Notes under the pieces: model-generated | Seen by the model: only the letters and a program-made list of their open reading frames with translations | Database searches by the model: none | Told to the model about the DNA's origin: nothing | Assembly (NCBI GenBank): GCA_964610875.1 | Contig: CAZSWP010000018.1 | Location: forward strand, 1-64,000 | Reading direction: 5' to 3' | Source of the DNA: an uncultured archaeon | GTDB taxonomy: Archaea > Asgardarchaeota > Thorarchaeia > Thorarchaeales > Thorarchaeaceae | DNA: 64,000 nt | Shown: positions 48,746-59,718 of the stretch, piece by piece | Numbering within the stretch: position 1 is the stretch's first letter | Layout of the letters: every line of letters begins with the position of its first letter | Made by a program: the position numbers and the translations under genes

Positions 48746-49582
48746 ATGAGTCAAGAAAAAGGGGAAATACTACAAATCCTCATTGATGATGTTGGTTTGA
48801 CACCATATGAAGCTCGAGCTTATGTAGCCATTCTTCACAATGGTCCACTTTCACCAACTGGTGTAAATCAAAAATCAGGCATACCACGACCTAGGACATA
48901 CGATGCTCTAAACAGCCTTGTAGGAAAAGGATTACTTGTAGAGCAACCTGGCAAGCCTTCCAAATATCTCGCAGTTGATCCTCAGATTGGATTGATGAAA
49001 CTAATGGAGGGTTTTGAGAAAGAGATCTCTCGACAACTTGAGAAACAGAGAGACGCAGTGAAATCTCTTGTATCAGTTCTCTCAGAGTCTTATGCGAATG
49101 TTGGTGATAAGAAATTGGATGATGATATAGTCTGGGTCACAAGGAAAGATAGTGCATTGGTGGCAAAATATAGTGAGGCAATTAGAAATTTGAAAGATGA
49201 GCTCATCATGGTTACAGCTCTCGAAACTCCTCCAGACAAAGAAATACTGCGGGCTGTCAAAGACGCCTTGAAACGAAAAATAACCTCCCGAGTTATCCGT
49301 CCTATCACATCTGGCTGGTCTTTGAAGGACATCAAGCAGTATCTTGAGCTAATCACATTGGGAGATGACATAAGACAATTAGATTATGACGGGCTTAGCT
49401 TTGCCATTTTTGATCGGAAGGAAATTGTTCTATGGCTCCCGCCACATCCATCAAGAGCAACAATTTGGATTCGACTTCCTCTATTGGCTGAAGTATTACT
49501 GGATCATTTTGACTCTCTCTGGGAAAAAGGTGAACCAGCGCAACCAATGCTTGAAAAACTGGCTGCTGCAAAAAAGGAATGA
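48746..49582 (+). CDS. TrmB-family transcriptional regulator
   Basis: Motif GLTPYEARAY...SGIPRPRTYDALNSL..KGL. Confidence 0.9.
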   Translation: MSQEKGEILQILIDDVGLTPYEARAYVAILHNGPLSPTGVNQKSGIPRPRTYDALNSLVGKGLLVEQPGKPSKYLAVDPQIGLMKLMEGFEKEISRQLEKQRDAVKSLVSVLSESYANVGDKKLDDDIVWVTRKDSALVAKYSEAIRNLKDELIMVTALETPPDKEILRAVKDALKRKITSRVIRPITSGWSLKDIKQYLELITLGDDIRQLDYDGLSFAIFDRKEIVLWLPPHPSRATIWIRLPLLAEVLLDHFDSLWEKGEPAQPMLEKLAAAKKE

Positions 49583-49612
49583 AGTTTTCGAGGCATCAGA
49601 GTGAACAAATAA

Positions 49613-50386
49613 TCAGCAGATTAGATTCAATGCACTTAGGGCGACATCTGCTTGGGACTTACATGTTCTTTTGTAATCATCATCCATATAGGAGATTGAC
49701 CAACCTTTTGTTAGATCGATATACGGCTGCAAGAGAATGCCAATTTTCTTTCCTGTTTGCTGAGCCAGAGCATACAGTGAGATGGCTTCTCCATTATCCA
49801 TTGATAGGCATCCTGATTCTCGAAATGTGTCAAGCATCTCATTGTTTATACGATAAAATGCTTCACATGAACCTACACCTCCCACACTGTATTCTATACC
49901 TATGTCAGTCATCGTTTCAGAGAGAGCTCTAAATGCAAATGGTTCACTATTGACACGACCTCGCTTGTTTCCATAATGTATCGAAGTTCCATCAATGCCA
50001 GTACTGAATGATGGGAGATGTATCTCTCCTTTTTTCAAATATCCCTCACCTAAACTCCATGAAGCGCAGAGGAGTAGAATGACCTCCGTTCCAAAGTGAA
50101 TTAATTCTTCACACAGTGCTATCAAAGGAGATGCTCCCATGGGTGGGACCAAAAGCCCAATTCCATTATTATCATATTCACCTATCCATGCATGGTTGGG
50201 AATGGAATAAGGCGCATATTTCCAACCAACCCATTTCCAGTCTGCCATTTGGCATCTTTGTCTTATCTCTTCACTAATGTGGGTACTGAATGTGAGGACA
50301 ATAGTTTCAGGAGTTTCAAATTCTGATTCAGAAACACCCCCTTTTTGCATCTCCATCTTCATTTGCTCTGGATCTATCAGAAACAT
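49613..50386 (-). CDS. Nucleoside phosphorylase-like (PNP/UDP) protein
   Basis: Motifs MGASP..CEEL, DGTSIHY, EAFYR and SMDNGE. Confidence 0.75.
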   Translation of the reverse strand: MFLIDPEQMKMEMQKGGVSESEFETPETIVLTFSTHISEEIRQRCQMADWKWVGWKYAPYSIPNHAWIGEYDNNGIGLLVPPMGASPLIALCEELIHFGTEVILLLCASWSLGEGYLKKGEIHLPSFSTGIDGTSIHYGNKRGRVNSEPFAFRALSETMTDIGIEYSVGGVGSCEAFYRINNEMLDTFRESGCLSMDNGEAISLYALAQQTGKKIGILLQPYIDLTKGWSISYMDDDYKRTCKSQADVALSALNLIC

Positions 50387-50673
50387 CCTATCTCCCCAAA
50401 GTTACCTTCATATTCCTAAGCTCAGATTATTGATTATAATGAAATTCAATTCATTTTCCGTCCAATGATTTACAAGTGTGATTCGTTGCTATTTTACTTG
50501 AGTTAGATCATGTTGTATTATTAGTGAGTTTGATAATCAACGGAACCATTACAGCAAATTATTGACGATTTATCGAAAGAATGAATAAAATTAATATTTG
50601 ATAAACACTGTATTTGATGGAATGATATAATCATCTTTTTCAGTCCAGAATGATAGTTCAAAAATGATAAGAA

Positions 50674-51315
50674 ATGAAAGGCAATGGACATAGAATGGCA
50701 ATAATCCGGATTTGGCCAGAGAAGATTAAATTTCCTAAGCAATGTCCAGTATGCATGTCTCAAGCGGATACACAATCTACTATCAGCATAAGTCCAAGTT
50801 CACTAGGATACGATCATCTAACTTCAAAATCATTGCATCCAAGAGGAATATCTTCGAATCTTCCTGCGCGGGGATTTCAAACGATAAAAGGTGCAAAGCA
50901 AGTAAGAAGTGGAGATACGATACTGCTCAAAGTTCCCACATGTGATGACCACAAAACAGAGGACATGTCCAGTCGTAGGCGTGTTTCTCTGTATTTCTTG
51001 ATGCTTATCTCCCTAATTCCCACCATCTTTGTATTCTATCAATTTACCAATTCTCTGTTTATGAGTATGGAGTTTTTTGGTTCACTTACTCTGTTTTTTG
51101 TCCTTCTTGGAATTATGACAGTATCTGGGTATCTACTCTATTGGCCTAGTGAACTACAGAGAAATATTGAGATTCTGGGAATTTCACCTAAGTCTTGGGA
51201 GATATACCTACAGCTAGAGAAGCCCGATTATTATGCGGCATTTCTCAGTTTGAATGAGATGAATGTTACATTGGTTGACTATGCTGAGATGCGTCGTGAG
51301 ATGAAAGTCTTGTAG
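50674..51315 (+). CDS. Membrane protein with Cys/His motif
   Basis: FPKQCPVC...VPTCDDH followed by two TM helices. Confidence 0.6.
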   Translation: MKGNGHRMAIIRIWPEKIKFPKQCPVCMSQADTQSTISISPSSLGYDHLTSKSLHPRGISSNLPARGFQTIKGAKQVRSGDTILLKVPTCDDHKTEDMSSRRRVSLYFLMLISLIPTIFVFYQFTNSLFMSMEFFGSLTLFFVLLGIMTVSGYLLYWPSELQRNIEILGISPKSWEIYLQLEKPDYYAAFLSLNEMNVTLVDYAEMRREMKVL

Positions 51316-51609
51316 TATTTTTCATCTACTCATCAAATAATCTATTTTTCTGCATCCATCTTACTTTGAAATCAACTATTTGCTTCATTGATAGAAGTCT
51401 TGATTCTGCTTGTCCAATATTAGAAGGACTATATCCTATTTCTTCCTCTCATTAATGCTGTCTGTATTGTCGCCTCATCGATCATATTCGTGATCTTGCA
51501 ATCTTTGTATACATCCTACGACTATCTTATACCATCAAAAAGAATGAAGATAGCTGGAACGAACCTGTTTTTGACGACGAGTAAGCAAACCATATGACGA
51601 CTGCAATTA

Positions 51610-51691
51610 TACTATGCAACGCATAGTACTTGATATAATAAAAAAATTTATAACATAACAGTATGCATAAAATAGTATACAATACATAGTA
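51610..51691. promoter_or_regulatory. Three 19-bp boxes upstream of padR (probable autoregulatory operators)
   Basis: Perfect palindrome TACTATGC-aac-GCATAGTA (51610-51628), with degenerate copies at 51659-51677 and 51673-51691. Confidence 0.6.
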
Positions 51692-51705
51692 TATGGTGTT
51701 ACACA

Positions 51706-52071
51706 ATGACAGACAATGCACACCAAAAAGAATTCGAGCGCTGGTCGCGAGAGGTCAAGAAAGGTGCAGCCTCTCTTGCAATTCTTGCGGTTCTCGAGCG
51801 TGGCGAAAGTTATGGTTACGATATTGTAAAGAAGTTAGAGCAATGGGATGTCACCTTTCTTGCATTTGAGCAGGGTACCGTCTATCCCCTTCTGAAGCGT
51901 CTGGAGAAACGAAAGCTCCTCACTTCAGACTGGCGACAGATGGAGACTGACAAGCCTAAGAAATTCTACACGATTACTGAGGAAGGACGAGCTGCACTGG
52001 ATTTGATGACCACTGCTTGGGCTCGCATCTCCGAAGAGATGCAAATGATAATTGGAGGTGATTTAGAATGA
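51706..52071 (+). CDS. PadR-family transcriptional regulator
   Basis: Motif SYGYDI...GTVYPLLKRLE...KFYTITEEG. Confidence 0.92.
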   Translation: MTDNAHQKEFERWSREVKKGAASLAILAVLERGESYGYDIVKKLEQWDVTFLAFEQGTVYPLLKRLEKRKLLTSDWRQMETDKPKKFYTITEEGRAALDLMTTAWARISEEMQMIIGGDLE

Positions 52072-53168
52072 CAAAAGATCCAATCAGTCTTATTGAAGAC
52101 TTTCTCGACCGAGTTAAAGTCTATCTTCCTATGGGTAGTGAAGACACGTTACTTGAGATACGTACACATCTGATAGAAGAAGCAGAACGTATCGGCGAGG
52201 GCTCCATAACTGAGGGTTCAGTCACACTTGCCATTGAACATCTTGGCGAACCAAAACGCGTTGCGAGTGAATATGCTGATACTGGTGAAACATTTGGTCC
52301 CATCCCAAAGGAGTACGTGCCACCTATCATTAGAGTCCTGATAACGCTAGTAGCGGTCACAACAGCTCTTATCGTTGCAGGATACGCTGCGACAATCTCG
52401 TTTCCTGAGCTTTTCAGTGGATGGGTGTTATTCAGTGATATAGCAATATTGATTGCAACAGTTGTATTCAATGCAGGTCTCCTGATTCTAATCTTTGGCT
52501 TAATCTTCTATTATGAATCTACTCAGAAGAGGATCACTGAGAAGACAATCTTTGAGAGCATTCTGGGACTTGGACAAGAAGGATTAGATCCAAAGAAGAG
52601 GACTGATTCGGTAGCTGAGATGTTCTTTGGCACAGTGTTTGGTATTATTCTGTTGCTACCAGCCGTTCAAGGAACTGTAGTACCCACTTTTGCTCCTCTA
52701 CTGAATACGATTGCTATTCTTCTACTATTAAGTGCAGTCAAAGGCTTGCTGTTCTTCCTCTATGGCGAGAACAATCTAAATCTCATCTATGAAGCAATAC
52801 TCTCAGTTGGTTTCATTATCTTGGTGTTCTACCTTGTGAACTACTCATGGCCCTTTGAATACATTTGGACATTCAGTGATGGCACATGGCAGTTGATCTC
52901 CCTGGAGGAATTACGTGAAGTTGCAGGCACTGATTTTGTCCTGATGCCCTTCGCCATCGGTTGGACCATATTCATCTTCTTACTGATGGCGGATAACACT
53001 TGGAAGTTACTCATATCGGGTTTCAAGATTTCCTTCTATCTCCGTCAGGGAAAAGGAATCTGGTGGAAAGGAGGCTGGGGTACTAGCTATCGCAGATCCT
53101 TCTTCGAACGTGTGTTTGGCAGGAAGTCCAGTAGAGAACTGACCAATGGTCCTAGTCACGATCAATAG
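52068..53168 (+). CDS. PadR-associated membrane protein (HAAS-like N-terminus)
   Basis: EIRTHL...LGEPKRVASEY followed by multiple TM helices. Overlaps the padR stop (ATGA). Confidence 0.75.
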   Translation: MTKDPISLIEDFLDRVKVYLPMGSEDTLLEIRTHLIEEAERIGEGSITEGSVTLAIEHLGEPKRVASEYADTGETFGPIPKEYVPPIIRVLITLVAVTTALIVAGYAATISFPELFSGWVLFSDIAILIATVVFNAGLLILIFGLIFYYESTQKRITEKTIFESILGLGQEGLDPKKRTDSVAEMFFGTVFGIILLLPAVQGTVVPTFAPLLNTIAILLLLSAVKGLLFFLYGENNLNLIYEAILSVGFIILVFYLVNYSWPFEYIWTFSDGTWQLISLEELREVAGTDFVLMPFAIGWTIFIFLLMADNTWKLLISGFKISFYLRQGKGIWWKGGWGTSYRRSFFERVFGRKSSRELTNGPSHDQ

Positions 53169-53268
53169 TAATAGACAATTGGGTGTTAGTCTTCCTAGCA
53201 CCCCTCTTTCTTTTTCTGATTTGTTTGCATATACAAAATACAAAAGGTTTCATGATTAAATTATAAAC

Positions 53269-53739
53269 ATGACCACCATCAAGACGATGAAATTGCAGTG
53301 TACTTCTTGTTCTGGTAGATTTTACGCAAACTTAGTGGGCTCTTTTGGATTTAGAGGTACTGATGATAATCTATGTAGAAAATATTGGGGTTTCAATCCA
53401 ATGCTAGTTTTCTATGCTATGTGTCCCCATTGCAAGGAAATCAAGTTTGCATCTGATTTTATCGAGATTGAAGATGAACCAGAAGAAGAGCTTCCATCTT
53501 CTCCTGAAACCTGCGAAAAATTTGACTTGCTAGCAGAGCAGGAGATTGAGGGAGATAATAACCCATTGACTCTTGCTTACTTGTACCATCAGTCTGCTTG
53601 CTGTAGGAAGATACAACAGGAGGAATATGTTGACCAACTGCAGAAGGCAAAAAAGTATTTCAAATTGGCAAAGCAAGCTGGTACTAACGAGTTCTTGAAC
53701 AAGTCAATCGATACATGGATTGATGCTACTTTAGCCTAA
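53269..53739 (+). CDS. Zn-binding hypothetical protein (DUF2225-like)
   Basis: Pattern CTSC...NPM..CPHC. Confidence 0.6.
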   Translation: MTTIKTMKLQCTSCSGRFYANLVGSFGFRGTDDNLCRKYWGFNPMLVFYAMCPHCKEIKFASDFIEIEDEPEEELPSSPETCEKFDLLAEQEIEGDNNPLTLAYLYHQSACCRKIQQEEYVDQLQKAKKYFKLAKQAGTNEFLNKSIDTWIDATLA

Positions 53740-54137
53740 TCATCATCAGCTGGTTCGAAATCTAATACTAGTGAGTTTATGCAGTACCGTTTTCCTGTAG
53801 GTCTAGGTCCATCATTAAAGACATGTCCCAGATGTCCGCCGCATTTCTTACACACAACTTCTGTTCTGACCATCCCATGACTGCGGTCTTCCTTAAGTTC
53901 CACACTGTCTTCTGAGAGTTGTTCCCAGAAGCTTGGCCAACCACTCCCTGACTCGAATTTTGTTTCCGACGTGAATAATTCATTCCCGCATCCTGCGCAG
54001 GTGTATACTCCCTTCTCTTTATGTCGAACGTACTTTCCAGAGAATGGATGTTCAGTCCCGCATTGTCTTAGTATCTTGTATTGTTCTGGACTAAGTGTGA
54101 CTTTCCATTCGTCATTTGATTTCTCCATTTCCATCAC
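53736..54137 (-). CDS. msrB: Methionine-R-sulfoxide reductase
   Basis: Motifs [19 protein letters not shown] and [17 protein letters not shown]. Confidence 0.97.
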   Translation of the reverse strand: MMEMEKSNDEWKVTLSPEQYKILRQCGTEHPFSGKYVRHKEKGVYTCAGCGNELFTSETKFESGSGWPSFWEQLSEDSVELKEDRSHGMVRTEVVCKKCGGHLGHVFNDGPRPTGKRYCINSLVLDFEPADDD

Positions 54138-54202
54138 TTAATTAACAATTGAAAACTCGTATAATAATCTCTTCGATATGGCCACAAAATACACTCTAGG
54201 AA

Positions 54203-55444
54203 TTATTCGTCGATAATAGGTGGAGATTCCAAATGTGTTCTAATGAACTCTGTCCAATTTCCTCCAGTAACTTCGTTAATAGATTCAATGAGGTCCTGCG
54301 TATTTACTCTTGACATTCTATTGCATTTTGCAGCAAAATTAGCAATGACTTCGCGTATCTTTTCCTGACCAATTCTATCTCTCAGTCTATCTAGAATAAT
54401 AGGACCGTACCCATAGAAGAGGAGCTGTGCTTTCGGATGCTTTCTGCTGATGGAGGCTATTGGGGGTAATTCTTCTTCTGAGCCAATTGCTTCCTTGATT
54501 CGCTCAAATTGTGCATTCATCAATTCATCCCCTACTAATTCTTCAACAGCTAATAGTGCAGTATATTCTGCGAATGCCTCATCTAACCAATTGTTGTAGT
54601 CCTCTACTGGAGCTTTGCAGAACCAGGAATGAGCTAGTTCATGAGTCCAGAATTTTAGAATACGCTCTTGTTTATCTCTGACATCTTTTTCTGTCATAGT
54701 GTCCTGCATGACGATAAGCCCACTCCGATTATATCCTCCTCCTGAAGTCCTTGAAATTAGAACAAATTTCAGTTCTATGGAAGAGGGGGTGCCTAACCAG
54801 TTGTATAACAGTTCTCTGTATGCTAGAAATTCATCCTCTAGTTTTTTGTAGATCTCAAAATTTTTTCGAGAACCCCAAAAGAAGGAGCTCTCATCGGGTT
54901 TTATGGAATCCTCAATTGGTATTCCTAACAAGACCAAATCTATCCGGTCATCTTTTGTTTCCCACAACAACTCATCAGCTGAAACCCTTGGTGCATTCAT
55001 TATCCATCTCCAATCTTCTGATCCATCCAATTTGACTCTGAAAGTTGGCCGATCACTGAAATTGACAAGAGGATACCATAGAGCATAGATTGCCAATTCA
55101 ACATAGTTGCTTGAGATATGTGTTGTATTGAATAGATACCTGAATATTCTTCCCCTGTATTGAACATGAATCTGCAATTGATCTCTATTCTTTAACTCAT
55201 CAGGAAGGTCAAACTCCCAATAGCTGCCCCGTATGAAGAAATCCTCTGGAGCTATTCTTTCCTGAGGTATCAGTTCGATCTCACTATCATCCTCAAGAAC
55301 CCTCACTGAATTCCACTCAAGACTAGGATTCAAGAGAAATAGGATTTTTTCTTCAACGTTAGTTATTGTAATAACTCCACCAACACTGATGTCAGAGGTT
55401 TCTGGGACTAGTTTCACGTCCAAATCCAAATGATATAGATTCAT
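54203..55444 (-). CDS. M1-family (gluzincin) aminopeptidase-like protein
   Basis: Motif HELAHSWF...WLDEAFAEY. Confidence 0.85.
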   Translation of the reverse strand: MNLYHLDLDVKLVPETSDISVGGVITITNVEEKILFLLNPSLEWNSVRVLEDDSEIELIPQERIAPEDFFIRGSYWEFDLPDELKNRDQLQIHVQYRGRIFRYLFNTTHISSNYVELAIYALWYPLVNFSDRPTFRVKLDGSEDWRWIMNAPRVSADELLWETKDDRIDLVLLGIPIEDSIKPDESSFFWGSRKNFEIYKKLEDEFLAYRELLYNWLGTPSSIELKFVLISRTSGGGYNRSGLIVMQDTMTEKDVRDKQERILKFWTHELAHSWFCKAPVEDYNNWLDEAFAEYTALLAVEELVGDELMNAQFERIKEAIGSEEELPPIASISRKHPKAQLLFYGYGPIILDRLRDRIGQEKIREVIANFAAKCNRMSRVNTQDLIESINEVTGGNWTEFIRTHLESPPIIDE

Positions 55445-55618
55445 AGAGAGTTACTTCCCATGCGTTTTTTCAAAAACATGGATTATATTTTGTCCGATGT
55501 AGTCATTTACGATGTATTTGTACCCGATGTTTCAATGGAAATCTTTGTTGTTGCTTTGGCATGAAATCCCTTGCACTATATTGCTAAATGAAGTAGTGAA
55601 ACGTACTTAAGGAACGGA

Positions 55619-56431
55619 TTGATTCCGCCCTCTGAACAGGGTACAACAATGATAGTCATCAAACTTGGTGGCAGCGTAATCACTCAGAAGGATAAACCAT
55701 TCACACCTGATTTAAACGTGCTTTATGAAATTGCGAAGGTATTTGGTAAGTTCTGTAAGGAGAATCCTGAGCAAACTGTCTCTCTTGTTCATGGTGGTGG
55801 AAGCTTTGCTCATGTTGTTGCCAGCCAATATTCTGATAGGTCTGAACTTACCACAAAGACAAAGCGGGGTGTTGCACTTATTGCTTGGTCAGCTCGAAAG
55901 TTGAATGACCGTGTCATTGAGAGTCTAGTTGACCATGATGTTCCTGTCTTTCCGTTACAGACTTCTTCTGTATTTCATCTCACCAAATCCGGGCCAAAAA
56001 TGAACCGTGACATCTTCGCCAATACTATCAATAACGGTTGGGTCCCAGTTCTATATGGTGATATCATCTTAGGTGATGGTGTTGTCAAAATTCTTCCAGG
56101 AGAGGAGATTGTACAAGGGATATGCTCAGAATTTCAGGTTCAGAAAGTAATAATGTGCACAAATGTGCCGGGTGTGATGCGTGATATTAATAATCCCGCT
56201 GCTGGAATCTTTGACAAAATCAACTCGGGTAATCTTACTGAAGTGCTTTCCACAATAGAAGAGTCATATGGAATTGATGTCACAGGTGGAATGAAACAAA
56301 AGGTGATGGAGATGCATGAACTTGCTAAAGAGAAGGATGTGAGCACACTCATCATAGATGGCACAGATTCTGCTGTCCTTTTAGAAAGCCTTCGTGGAGA
56401 TGATTCATTGGGGACACTTATCGGGAAATGA
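55619..56431 (+). CDS. ipk: Isopentenyl phosphate kinase
   Basis: Motifs IKLGGSVIT.K, HGGGSFAH, PVLYGD and DVTGGM..K. Confidence 0.85.
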   Translation: MIPPSEQGTTMIVIKLGGSVITQKDKPFTPDLNVLYEIAKVFGKFCKENPEQTVSLVHGGGSFAHVVASQYSDRSELTTKTKRGVALIAWSARKLNDRVIESLVDHDVPVFPLQTSSVFHLTKSGPKMNRDIFANTINNGWVPVLYGDIILGDGVVKILPGEEIVQGICSEFQVQKVIMCTNVPGVMRDINNPAAGIFDKINSGNLTEVLSTIEESYGIDVTGGMKQKVMEMHELAKEKDVSTLIIDGTDSAVLLESLRGDDSLGTLIGK

Positions 56432-56449
56432 CTCTGGAGGAAATAGATA

Positions 56450-56899
56450 TTGACAAGGATTGATGGAAAAGCCAATGTTTTGGACGCATTATTTGATATG
56501 ATTAAGTCAGCGAAAGGAGAGGTCAATATTGTTATTCGCTACTGGGGTAACATGTGGGGAGATGAAAAACTGCTCAGAGAAGTTCTGCTCCCTGACTTCG
56601 AGAAAGCAGTTACTGCTGCAATAAAATCAGGAGCTGAAGTCAAGATTCTTGGGGACATAAATACTGATTCTAAAAATGTTGCTTCGAAACTGAAACAGCT
56701 TGGTGCAGAAGTTCGGAATCTGGAGGGCGGTAATGTCAGATTTGCTGTTGTGGATAATACATCATGCTTGTTTGCTGTGAGTGAACCTTATACTGAGGTC
56801 GCACATTATTATCATGCAATTAAATCAGAAGCAAAAGAACTTGTAGAGTTCTTTGCTGATCATTTTGAAGCATTATGGCCATCTTGCAAGAAAATTTGA
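56450..56899 (+). CDS. TrmB effector-domain/PLD-like protein
   Basis: Pattern MIKSAKGEV...RFAVVD...FADHFEALW. Confidence 0.6.
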   Translation: MTRIDGKANVLDALFDMIKSAKGEVNIVIRYWGNMWGDEKLLREVLLPDFEKAVTAAIKSGAEVKILGDINTDSKNVASKLKQLGAEVRNLEGGNVRFAVVDNTSCLFAVSEPYTEVAHYYHAIKSEAKELVEFFADHFEALWPSCKKI

Positions 56900-56953
56900 G
56901 ATAGCATCACCACTAGGATATTCCTAGAGCTGATTTTCTTGCTAGAGGGTATG

Positions 56954-57574
56954 CTATTCGTTTTGTTTTTCTTTCGCTTCAGCTATCCAACTCTTCACCA
57001 TATCGAGGGTGAACGTGTATCCTTGAGGAATCTTCACGTGGTCCAGTCTTACTGAGGTTTCAATCTCTTTCAGTAATTCTTCGGCATTTGCAATTGCAAG
57101 TTCGTCCATACCCATTATGCCTCCACCATATACTATAGCTTCAGCATCCTCCTCAGAAACTGATTCAAGCCAGCAGAATTTACCCATTCCTATCCAACGC
57201 TGTGCAATTCCATCTCCAACACCACAAATCTTTGCTACTTCAATAGCAGGAGTCACTACAAGTTTTGCAACAGTGTCTATACCCTTTGCTCTTAATTTCT
57301 CGCCATACTTTGGACCAATACCCTCCAAAGTTTCAATGGGGAGTTCTTCTAGCTCAGCTCGTGGCTCTTCTACTTGTGGAACATATGTTTCTGCAAGATC
57401 CTCTTTTTTACCACGACTACAGATGCTTCCAATTGCCAATCCTGAAATTAGCAGTATGGCCAACTCCATCTTTTGTCCTATTACTAGAAAAAGAAGGATT
57501 CCAAACACAGCCGCTATCTCAAATTTATGTTCTCTAATTTTCTCCATGGGATGTTTCTCCCTCTCAACTAACAC
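56954..57574 (-). CDS. Membrane-anchored HhH protein (DUF4332-like)
   Basis: Motif LEGIGPKYGEKLRAKGI, with N-terminal TM helices. Confidence 0.7.
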   Translation of the reverse strand: MLVEREKHPMEKIREHKFEIAAVFGILLFLVIGQKMELAILLISGLAIGSICSRGKKEDLAETYVPQVEEPRAELEELPIETLEGIGPKYGEKLRAKGIDTVAKLVVTPAIEVAKICGVGDGIAQRWIGMGKFCWLESVSEEDAEAIVYGGGIMGMDELAIANAEELLKEIETSVRLDHVKIPQGYTFTLDMVKSWIAEAKEKQNE

Positions 57575-57696
57575 TACAAATGAATACAGGAAGCTGTAAT
57601 GAATCTTATCAGAACGAATCTAATGATATCTAATGACCCCATCGGAAACTATGTAAAAGCTAGAGATGCTCGTCCGAACAACATTGAGGTCTTGAA

Positions 57697-58170
57697 ATGA
57701 AACGAGAATACATCCAAGATTCTTGGCCGCATGAAGGAACCTTTTGTTGGGGATGCGGGAAAAACAACGAACACGGTCTTCAGCTCAAGAGCTATTGGGA
57801 AGATGAGATTGCAATAGCAAGATGGCAACCAAAAGAACACCATCTTGCGTTTCCGGGTGTACTAAATGGTGGTATCATCTCAACCCTCATAGATTGTCAT
57901 TCTACTGGTACTGCGAATGCTGCTGGACACAAGATGTTTGGAAAAGATAACAATGACTTCATGTATGTCACTGCATCAATCTCAGTAAACCTTCTCCAAC
58001 CGACTCCTCTCCATACTCCTGTTACACTCAGAGCTTGGGTCAAAGAGGCCATAGAGAAACGAATCTCGGTCTCATGCGAATTGTATTCTGATGATGTGAA
58101 ATGCGCAACAGGTGAGGTTGTTTGCATTCATGTTGATACAAAGAGATTTCTCAAAGCAAACAGCCAATGA
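57697..58170 (+). CDS. PaaI-family thioesterase
   Basis: Motif CWGCG..N..GL..GVLNGGIISTLIDCH. Confidence 0.85.
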   Translation: MKREYIQDSWPHEGTFCWGCGKNNEHGLQLKSYWEDEIAIARWQPKEHHLAFPGVLNGGIISTLIDCHSTGTANAAGHKMFGKDNNDFMYVTASISVNLLQPTPLHTPVTLRAWVKEAIEKRISVSCELYSDDVKCATGEVVCIHVDTKRFLKANSQ

Positions 58171-58186
58171 TAATAACAAAAAAGTG

Positions 58187-59020
58187 CTATTTGCTTGGAG
58201 GACTAAATTGTATCTCGAAGGAATCAAGAGATTCCCCTAGAACCTCTGGGTCTAGAGTTCCTAACCCATACTTAGTAGCTTCTCTAAGATGTTCTATTCT
58301 ACTTGGGTCAAATCCCATCATTCTCGTCACTGTGGCATCAACTGAAACAGGTTGATGTCCAATGACGAACGAATCTAGCTTATGCGTGACCGGCCCATTC
58401 CAGCCTTCAACGCCTACCCTCGCATCTGTTATGCAGAGTTTTGGTTTTACTATTCTTGTCAGATCGACAATGATGCCTGTGATATTGGAGTGAAGTGATG
58501 CCTTTCCCTTCTCTTGTACAAGACCGAACTGGTTCTTCACTGCTCCAGTTAAGAATGTCAGATAGTGAGTCTTTGCTATGGCTTGTGAAATGTAATAATG
58601 GGGTTCAACAATCTCTTCTGGCAATTCTGGATTATTGTAGTATATTCCATCATAGTCAATGGGCATTGTTTCCGAATGAGTCAGATTTACTGTTAAGACA
58701 TCTTTTCCTGAATCAGTCATTCTATCAACAAGGTTCTGATAACCAAAAATCTTGAACGTATCATCAGCAAATTTATTCATACTATCCGTTTCAACTATCT
58801 TGATTGTTAGATCGGGTTTCTCTTCAAGCAGGAGTTCAATAATTGCCTCAGTCACTTTTACATCAGATACTGAATGACCAGTACCATCCTTAGAAGTGCA
58901 AATATTGGGTTTAATTAGCACCGGAGACATAAGACTGCCAAATCCTCCAATGAGGTCCATTCCAACCTTAATGCTCTCCTTTGGGTCATTTCTATCTTTG
59001 ACAATTGCAACTGAACTCAT
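58187..59020 (-). CDS. DUF362 family protein
   Basis: Motifs VLIKPN, KTH...TGAVKNQFG and PVSVDA. Confidence 0.85.
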   Translation of the reverse strand: MSSVAIVKDRNDPKESIKVGMDLIGGFGSLMSPVLIKPNICTSKDGTGHSVSDVKVTEAIIELLLEEKPDLTIKIVETDSMNKFADDTFKIFGYQNLVDRMTDSGKDVLTVNLTHSETMPIDYDGIYYNNPELPEEIVEPHYYISQAIAKTHYLTFLTGAVKNQFGLVQEKGKASLHSNITGIIVDLTRIVKPKLCITDARVGVEGWNGPVTHKLDSFVIGHQPVSVDATVTRMMGFDPSRIEHLREATKYGLGTLDPEVLGESLDSFEIQFSPPSK

Positions 59021-59172
59021 AGAAGACTCAACGTCCTAGTAGTGGGTTTTCTTGCTTCTAACGATTAAGTTTTCGTATAGAGCGTAGATATTAGATAACT
59101 CACTCAATGGCTTTGAGAAATAGAAATACATTGAGGTCTCACAAGGTATGAGATATGCAGGTGAAATAAGAA

Positions 59173-59718
59173 ATGGAACTTGATGCTGCTATTCGTGGAA
59201 GAAGAAGTATCCGACGTTTTCTGGAAAAGGAAGTTCCTGAAAATCTCATTAGAGATCTCATAGAAGCTGCAAGGTGGGCTCCATCGGCAAAGAATGGTCA
59301 GCAATGGCGCTATTCAGTTCTGATTATGGATGCCAAAAACGACCTGCTTACAGTCTTTAGAAGTGCTCTAGAAAAGATTGCAGAAAAACGTGGTATGCAT
59401 GCAATAGGCTCAGCATTGCACTCCTGTGATATCATGATCTCTGCACCTGTCTTGATTGTGGTATGGAATGCTGGTCAGAATGATTGGTTGACTGAATGGC
59501 ATAGTGTTGCTGCTGCTGTTGAGAATTTACTGTTGAAGGCACATGATCTGGGTCTGGGTGGACTCTGGATTGGTGATGTCTTCTACAAACCAGAAGTGTT
59601 CAATGAACACTTGAACAAGGAATGGAAACTCTTCGGAGCGGTGTCCATTGGTTGGCCTGATGAAGATCCTGGTCCTAGGCCAAGGATGTCAGTAGATGAA
59701 ATCACTGAGTTTCTATAG
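59173..59718 (+). CDS. Nitroreductase family protein
   Basis: Motifs RRSIRRF, APSAKNGQQW and ENLLLKAHDLGLG. Confidence 0.9.
   Translation: MELDAAIRGRRSIRRFLEKEVPENLIRDLIEAARWAPSAKNGQQWRYSVLIMDAKNDLLTVFRSALEKIAEKRGMHAIGSALHSCDIMISAPVLIVVWNAGQNDWLTEWHSVAAAVENLLLKAHDLGLGGLWIGDVFYKPEVFNEHLNKEWKLFGAVSIGWPDEDPGPRPRMSVDEITEFL

Noticed and set aside
50528-50543. GTTTGATAATCAACGG resembling fused element ends
   Set aside because: It is too short, lacks the CTAGAC repeats and hairpins, and is not followed by TT. It is likely a chance match.
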